Virus record (IMG/VR): IMGVR_UViG_3300015214_000026
Span: 64,001 to 128,000 of that record
Reading direction: 5' to 3' (one strand)
Length of the DNA stretch: 64,000 nt
Origin: a virus
Lineage: Duplodnaviria; Caudoviricetes
The notes under the pieces were generated by a model, which saw nothing but the letters and a program-made list of their open reading frames with translations, was not told the origin of the DNA and made no database searches. The position numbers and the translations under genes are program-made. This document shows, in pieces, positions 58,256 to 64,000 of this stretch. The first letter of the stretch is position 1. Each line of letters begins with the position of its first letter.

Positions 58256-58281
58256 AGGGTGGGAGAATAATCTCCCACCCT
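58256..58281 (-). terminator. Intrinsic terminator after the major capsid gene
   Basis: AGGGTGGGAGA-4 nt-TCTCCCACCCT followed by TTATTT on the minus strand. Confidence 0.8.
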
Positions 58282-58294
58282 ATTATCAATGAAA

Positions 58295-59362
58295 TTAGTT
58301 ACGCTTACCACGAGCAACCGCTTTCGCATTACCGAGAGTAGCCGAAATAACTTCATTAAGCGACCAACCACGAGCAGGAACAAACTTTTCATACTCATCA
58401 ATTGGGGTAGCATTAACAGGACCGCGATCCGTATACGCACCAAGGAACTCTGGGCTACCGCAGACGAAGAACTCACCGCGCTCCAGAACCTGAAGGTTAC
58501 GATCACGATAACCATCAGTAATGATAGACATGCCGAGAAGATTACCGATACGGCCAGTCTTGATGATTTCCCACTTAGTAACCGGATCAAACCACTGCGA
58601 GAAATTCGAACCACCGATAGCGTCATTGATAAGATCAATGGCTGCAATACAAGTGGTAGCAGGAATACGCCAACGATCAACGTTTTCCTTAACCGCAACG
58701 AGATTGGTCTGAGACCAAGTACCGTTGAAGTAGGTAACATCGTTATAAATACCATCAGCGGTACGCATCATACCAGTAACGTGCTTATCTTCCTGAACAA
58801 AAATCTGTTCAAGACCTTGGAAATACTTTTCCTCAAGAACGTCGCTATTACCCTGATGAATTTCAATCAGTTCAACGCGAGGAGTAGCAGTGACATAGAA
58901 CTCCTCTGCAAAGAGATATGTGTCACGAACATACTGCGGGTAAATCATGCCAACGCCGCGCGAACGGACGGCAGTAACATGACGTTCCTTAATACGAACG
59001 CGAGGAACCGATCCTTCCTGAACGTCGCCACGGAAGAAGACAGTACGCATGAAACCTTCACGTTCCAGACGAACATCGATATCCGCAGCAATAGCCGAAC
59101 CAAGTTCCGCCCATTCCTTAGAATCATGAATTGCTTCACGGATAGCAGAAGCACGTTCAGCACGCAGAGCCGAACGGTCATGACGGCGACCGTCATCATC
59201 GAACACTTCGCCGTCCTGAATCATGCCAGCAATTTCAATGAGGCGATTCATGAGTTCCTGTTTCGAACCGGCATTGATCTCACCATTACGGCCAACGATC
59301 ATGTCATTGGAACCGCGGAACCTTGATTCTAAAACCGGAGTAGGATGCTTGTTAATACGCAT
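58295..59362 (-). CDS. Major capsid protein
   Basis: 355 aa; strongly biased codons; SD AAGGA; follows protease, scaffold and decoration genes; G.NGE.NA.SK..L N-terminus recalled from RSL1/PaBG-like MCPs. Confidence 0.85.
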   Translation of the reverse strand: MRINKHPTPVLESRFRGSNDMIVGRNGEINAGSKQELMNRLIEIAGMIQDGEVFDDDGRRHDRSALRAERASAIREAIHDSKEWAELGSAIAADIDVRLEREGFMRTVFFRGDVQEGSVPRVRIKERHVTAVRSRGVGMIYPQYVRDTYLFAEEFYVTATPRVELIEIHQGNSDVLEEKYFQGLEQIFVQEDKHVTGMMRTADGIYNDVTYFNGTWSQTNLVAVKENVDRWRIPATTCIAAIDLINDAIGGSNFSQWFDPVTKWEIIKTGRIGNLLGMSIITDGYRDRNLQVLERGEFFVCGSPEFLGAYTDRGPVNATPIDEYEKFVPARGWSLNEVISATLGNAKAVARGKRN

Positions 59363-59390
59363 TATTTCAAATCCTTTTTAAAAAGAACTA

Positions 59391-60101
59391 TTACTCGGTG
59401 ATATAAAGACCGAGGAACGAATCTTCCGACGACGGAACACTAATAACCTTACAGCCAGTGCTTGTACCGCTCGCCGAAGTAAGAGTAAACAAACCGTTAG
59501 CGCCGATGTAAACCGGAGTAGCGGCAGTCCATCCATTCCAGTTAGAGGAAAGGTCATACATAGTAGTATAAGCCATACCAGTGTTCATAACACCGATAGT
59601 GCCAATGTCCGAAACATTATGCGAACCATTCTGGTGGAAGTTGTACTTCATGATGGCTTCTTGGAAGGTGATCGCGTAATTGTAACCAACTTCAATAACT
59701 TCGCCAGCTAGAGTCGAATTAACCGTAATGACTCCATTCGAAATGGAGTATTCAGTAGCGTTCGTCGGGTTACCCGCAGTCAACGTAGTACGAGCACCGC
59801 CAGCAGCCACATGAACTACACGAATGGTGTTACCCTGCATGGCCTTGCTAAGAGTAATGGTATACGGAGACGTCGCACGAACAACGAGGGTTTCGAAATA
59901 AGGAACGACAGTAGGAGTAGCAGCACGACCAACGGCAACGCCCGCAAACGCTTCGTTACCACCACCAACAGAGGGGCGAAGACCACCTTCACCACCATCG
60001 AGCTGCCAAACCAGCGCACTACCTTCTTCGATCGACGAAACCGCCGAATGAGTCCTGTGAACATAGTGTTCAACGAGCTTTGACCTGTTAATATCTAACA
60101 T
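59391..60101 (-). CDS. Major head structural / decoration protein
   Basis: Biased codons, SD AAAGGA, beta-rich, directly upstream of the MCP. Confidence 0.65.
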   Translation of the reverse strand: MLDINRSKLVEHYVHRTHSAVSSIEEGSALVWQLDGGEGGLRPSVGGGNEAFAGVAVGRAATPTVVPYFETLVVRATSPYTITLSKAMQGNTIRVVHVAAGGARTTLTAGNPTNATEYSISNGVITVNSTLAGEVIEVGYNYAITFQEAIMKYNFHQNGSHNVSDIGTIGVMNTGMAYTTMYDLSSNWNGWTAATPVYIGANGLFTLTSASGTSTGCKVISVPSSEDSFLGLYITE

Positions 60102-60131
60102 TTCATATTTTCCTTTTGTAAATGGAATGTA

Positions 60132-61565
60132 TTAACGAAAGAGCCTGGAGTATTTATTAACCGCTGGCTTCTTAGTTTCTGTACGTCCAATAAACTCCGC
60201 TGTTTCAACTGTTGACACTGGTGGAACATAGGCAGCCGTTTCAGTACGATCCTCATCAATACTACCGATGAACTCCGACTTGGAAACGGTTTCTGCAATA
60301 CCCTTGATATAATCTTCAGACTTGGAGGAAAGTTCCTTAGCCTTTTCCACACCAGCCTTAATATAACCATGGGAATGTTTAGCAAGAGCGCGACGAACTT
60401 CACGCTGCGCATTCTTAACACCATTGCGGGCAAGAAGCGAAGCAAGTTCACTGGCAAGTTCGTTATCACAATCAAACAAGCCTTTGTTGATACCAACAAA
60501 AGAAAGTTCGATTAAACGAGCCATATCATTAATAGACGACTTGACTTTTTCCTCCGCCTGAATGTTAATAGAGGCGGTTTCTCTTTCAAGTCGCTTATTA
60601 TAAAGATCGCCAACCTTCACCTTAAAAGTAACAGGGGTGTATCCATAAGCAGCCAATTCAGAAGATGTCTGATTATCGCGGTTCAAATTAAAGACTGGCT
60701 TGAACGCCGCAACAAGTTTAGACCCGTCATCAAACAGAGGGGCCGCCTTTTCCGAAGCTCTAAGGCGACGGAGAGTACCGACATGCGTACCGCCGACAAA
60801 CGCGGCGATTTCACTATTGTCAGTAGTAAGGGTAACAAGCTTAAGATTAGCTTCCTCGTCAGCGATCGCCATAGCAGGAATTTCCTGTACAGCGCCTTCA
60901 TTGATCGCTTCAGCAGTAGGTTCTTCAACAACAGAGGTTTCAACAGGAGTCGCCTCCTGTTCTACAACCTCAGCAACAGGTTCTGTAACTTCTTCCGAAG
61001 CCGCTTCAGCAGTAGGTTCGTCGTCAAGGGTTCCATCCATGACTTCTTCAACGGCTTCATTTTCGTCAGCTTCGTCGTCATTGAAGATTTCTTCTTCATC
61101 TTCTTCTGAATATTCTTCATCGTCAGAGTTCAAAGAATCATCAACTGACTCAAATTCATCTTCAGTAGACGAATTATCTTCCGCCGTTTCATTTTCCATA
61201 TAATGAAAAACAGTTTCCTTACCAGTAATCGGGCAATAAGCGGTTTCACCGCCTAGAGCAAAGGCGAGATCAGGATCAACACCAATAACAACATCGGTAT
61301 CGGTCTTCATAGCAATCAGATTATCAAGCTGATTGAATGTTTCGCCTTCACATTCCTGCTGGGACTTTTCAATATAAGGAAGAGCATCGCCAGTAACAGG
61401 ATTATAAATCTTATCCATATTGGAAACAAGATTCAAACCATTGCCATCCGAGAAAGCGCGGATAACCGTCTTCCTGCTAGCGACCTCACCCTTGGAAAGA
61501 AACATCATAATAGGAGACGTGCATTCTTTGATCGTCTCCGCAAGTTCAAGAAATTTCTTTGGCAT
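60132..61565 (-). CDS. Prohead scaffold/core protein
   Basis: SD GGAGG before MPKKFL; long acidic disordered region; lies between protease and capsid genes. Confidence 0.7.
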   Translation of the reverse strand: MPKKFLELAETIKECTSPIMMFLSKGEVASRKTVIRAFSDGNGLNLVSNMDKIYNPVTGDALPYIEKSQQECEGETFNQLDNLIAMKTDTDVVIGVDPDLAFALGGETAYCPITGKETVFHYMENETAEDNSSTEDEFESVDDSLNSDDEEYSEEDEEEIFNDDEADENEAVEEVMDGTLDDEPTAEAASEEVTEPVAEVVEQEATPVETSVVEEPTAEAINEGAVQEIPAMAIADEEANLKLVTLTTDNSEIAAFVGGTHVGTLRRLRASEKAAPLFDDGSKLVAAFKPVFNLNRDNQTSSELAAYGYTPVTFKVKVGDLYNKRLERETASINIQAEEKVKSSINDMARLIELSFVGINKGLFDCDNELASELASLLARNGVKNAQREVRRALAKHSHGYIKAGVEKAKELSSKSEDYIKGIAETVSKSEFIGSIDEDRTETAAYVPPVSTVETAEFIGRTETKKPAVNKYSRLFR

Positions 61566-61730
61566 AAATTTGCCTCCAAAATGAGGGGTTACATGTGAAA
61601 TCGGTACGATGTACAAAGTTCTAACCGTGTATCACCATATAAGAATTACGAAAACCAGCATTTGGTTACAATATACGGGATAATGGGGTAGGCTCTAGTG
61701 TTCCCAAAATACAAAAACACGCACAAAAAT

Positions 61731-61757
61731 ACCCCGGTAGGAGATTCCTACCGGGGT
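61731..61757 (-). terminator. Intrinsic terminator after the protease gene
   Basis: ACCCCGGTAGGA-3 nt-TCCTACCGGGGT followed by ATTTTTG on the minus strand. Confidence 0.8.
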
Positions 61758-61814
61758 TGGCATTAATTAGTAATTGTAGAGCGAAGGTTATCTCCAGATA
61801 ATAACTAGATTTTA

Positions 61815-62603
61815 TTAAACCTTTTTCATATCAAATATATGACTGGTAACTGCCGATGACCAGGCAGGAACAGTAACCGATGAAACCTCAAAACCTTCAA
61901 TACCTACTCTAGCTAAAAGATAACTAGGAAGATACCCATATTTAGTTTCATAGAATTTAGGTTTACCTCTAATTACGTGTCCACATTCAGTATTAAGTTT
62001 ACCACGTTTTGATAAAGCACCACAAATAGAACATTCATATTGAGACACGAAGGCGCCCATCGAATATGATTTGCGCTGACCCGTAAGAATACCTTGCGCT
62101 AATGCGTAATCTTTGGTACGATCAAAACCACAAAGAGCTACAACCTTAAATAAATTACCTTTTGCATTATTAAGCTTAGACATATAGGTATCAAATACAA
62201 TACCTTTGGCCTCTTCTACTTTAAAATGATTATGTTCAGCATAACAAGGTTTCCCGCTCCAAGTTTTATAATTAAGTCTGCCTTGGATAGGATTAAAACC
62301 AATCAAGGTTTCATGCGGAAATGCCACACTATTTCGATTAGGCAGATCACTAGGCATTATAATAACCGGGACTACAACGTAGTCCTTTATATTAGGGGAT
62401 ATATTATATACCTCTGATGCCATAGGCAGCCAAGATTGAACTTCCAGATGCTTAGCTATATCTGGATTCTTGTGAACATCGATAGGATTTTCAGTACCAA
62501 AAGAAGCTGACTCAATAAGCCCGACCTTCTCTCTATCTCTATTAAGAGTATCGTTCGTACTAGCTGATAAAGCTTTCGTAATTAGATTTTGAAGATCAGG
62601 CAT
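61815..62603 (-). CDS. Prohead (maturation) protease
   Basis: PNRN..AF, GKP...EH, SYSMGA....CSICG...C.H, FEVSSV..PA. Confidence 0.8.
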   Translation of the reverse strand: MPDLQNLITKALSASTNDTLNRDREKVGLIESASFGTENPIDVHKNPDIAKHLEVQSWLPMASEVYNISPNIKDYVVVPVIIMPSDLPNRNSVAFPHETLIGFNPIQGRLNYKTWSGKPCYAEHNHFKVEEAKGIVFDTYMSKLNNAKGNLFKVVALCGFDRTKDYALAQGILTGQRKSYSMGAFVSQYECSICGALSKRGKLNTECGHVIRGKPKFYETKYGYLPSYLLARVGIEGFEVSSVTVPAWSSAVTSHIFDMKKV

Positions 62604-62607
62604 GCTA

Positions 62608-64000
62608 CTACAACCTATATTTAGATTTAAATTCATTAACTGGTAAAATCTCTACGCCTAAATCTCTAGCTTTAGTTATCTTTGTAGAGGAATCTAAAGC
62701 CGATTTCACTATAACAGCGGTAGTATTTTTTGTAATACTACCAGTTACAGTTCCGCCGTTCTTTTTAATTTCTTCTTCAAGACTACGTTCACGAAATTTG
62801 GTAAATACAAAAGACATACCAGATAGTTTACCAGATTCTATCTTATATGACTGATCTTTTATCTTTAATCCAAGATCATCAACCAATTTCGTATATTTAC
62901 CTAAATATTTAGCAAACTGAGTGGCGGACGATTCAGAAAACCCCGGTAATCTACTTATTTTTTGAATTAACTTTTTAGAATCTACACGTATTAACTGTTT
63001 ATATGGAATAGCAGCTAAAATTTTATCAAATCGGGTATCCGTAAAACCCGACGGCCATATATGACTAGCCCACATTAATTTCCCATGTGAAAGAGTTTTT
63101 ATCGCTTTCTGAATACCAAAATATAGTTTTTCAGAATTAGCATTACCAACGCCTATTTCTAAAAAATCCTCTTTATCAGCTAACAAAATATCTGCAAGGC
63201 TGTAATCATTCTCTATAAGTACTTTAGCCGTTGCGGAACGAATACCATCGAATCCTAAAATACGGAAAGCTTCAGTTAGTTGTTTAACATTAATATGAGC
63301 TTTATCCGATTTACTTAAATTAGCCGGTTGTATATCTACCTTAGTAGAGTTCCATATATAATTCTTAGGGAATGATGGCTTAGATTTCTTAACAACCCCC
63401 ATTATTCTCGGTATAACATCCCCAGCGCGTGTAAGTTCTACTATAGCGCCCGGACCTATACCTAAATCTTTAACTGCTTTAGCATTATGTGCAGTTACAC
63501 GTTGTACAGATACTCCACTTAATTGAACAGGCTTATCAAGAATAACAACGGGTTTATAAACACCATGTTTACTAAGTTGCCATTTAATCTCTTTAACAAC
63601 AGCTTCTACATGAGGAGCGTTAACTTTGAACGAAATGCGAGCGCCAGTCTTATTATCAATAAGGACTAACCCATCAATGTCATAGATTTTAGTTTTATGT
63701 TCTTTAAGATACTTGGTTAATTGTGAAATAGTAGGTTTGGTGAATTGTTTGGTAGGGGCGGTTAAAAACTTACGAGACTTTAGTTTTATTCTAGCTTCTT
63801 TCCATTTAGTAGGAGGATTAATTAATTCGTGCGCTACAAAATCAATTGTTTTAGCTATTCGAGTATTAATTTTATCAGAATTAGCTACACCAGATACCGT
63901 ATTTCGCGGATTCTTAAATTCTTTGCTAAGCTTAGAATTAAAATCACTAAGCTTAAGCATTAATTCACCACGAACAGCTTCTTTCCTATTTAACTTACCT
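62608..64000 (-). CDS. ligA: NAD+-dependent DNA ligase (5' end outside window)
   Basis: VRGE just upstream of the ORF-track start; NPRN..SG, IDGLV, TAHNA, RAGDVIP, HhH repeats, C-terminal BRCT. Confidence 0.92.
   Translation of the reverse strand, partial: GKLNRKEAVRGELMLKLSDFNSKLSKEFKNPRNTVSGVANSDKINTRIAKTIDFVAHELINPPTKWKEARIKLKSRKFLTAPTKQFTKPTISQLTKYLKEHKTKIYDIDGLVLIDNKTGARISFKVNAPHVEAVVKEIKWQLSKHGVYKPVVILDKPVQLSGVSVQRVTAHNAKAVKDLGIGPGAIVELTRAGDVIPRIMGVVKKSKPSFPKNYIWNSTKVDIQPANLSKSDKAHINVKQLTEAFRILGFDGIRSATAKVLIENDYSLADILLADKEDFLEIGVGNANSEKLYFGIQKAIKTLSHGKLMWASHIWPSGFTDTRFDKILAAIPYKQLIRVDSKKLIQKISRLPGFSESSATQFAKYLGKYTKLVDDLGLKIKDQSYKIESGKLSGMSFVFTKFRERSLEEEIKKNGGTVTGSITKNTTAVIVKSALDSSTKITKARDLGVEILPVNEFKSKYRL

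Noticed and set aside
58289-59326. 345-aa antisense ORF spanning the major capsid gene
   Set aside because: Expected when a highly expressed gene avoids TTA/CTA/TCA codons; no SD or protein-like features
1-64000. Stop-codon reassignment or alternative genetic code
   Set aside because: Long conserved genes are intact in the standard code, and TAA, TAG and TGA all end genes at sensible positions
1-64000. tRNA genes, CRISPR arrays, introns or inteins
   Set aside because: Intergenic gaps are short; no cloverleaf, repeat-spacer array or interrupted core gene noticed by eye (tRNAscan-SE not run)

Overview
The window is a 64-kb segment of a large, AT-rich, contractile-tailed dsDNA phage. From memory, its capsid, sheath and baseplate gene order resembles the RSL1/PaBG/Lu11/Y3-like large myoviruses. 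The GC-rich imported tail genes and TM-anchored GH19 endolysin suggest an alphaproteobacterial host; this is inference only. Bases 1-19659 (+ strand) hold small early/accessory ORFs and a replication/nucleotide cluster: metallophosphoesterase, Zn deaminase, HEXXH protein, ParB-like protein, degenerate UvsE, DHFR, beta-clamp-like protein, family A DNA polymerase, ATP-grasp ligase, dNMP kinase, WYL protein, Nudix hydrolase and a P-loop kinase. Bases 19646-64000 (- strand) run, in transcription order: NAD+ DNA ligase (cut by the window edge), prohead protease, scaffold, major capsid protein, sheath, three tube paralogues, chaperone, tape measure, baseplate, many fibres/adhesins, endolysin, spanins, PAAR and a PLA2-like protein. 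I saw no tRNA, rRNA, CRISPR array, integrase or reverse transcriptase. Main leads: a terminal motif (L-x-[NT]-[LI]-[IV]-x-K-A-L) shared by three unrelated proteins, with nearby E-[TSK]-A sites, as a candidate head-packaging signal; a PLA2-like gene beside PAAR and the lysis genes; a candidate +1 frameshift before the tape measure gene; an ATP-grasp ligase inside the replication cluster; and a GC-rich graft that starts inside a tail gene. All family calls come from motif recognition by eye, with no database searches.
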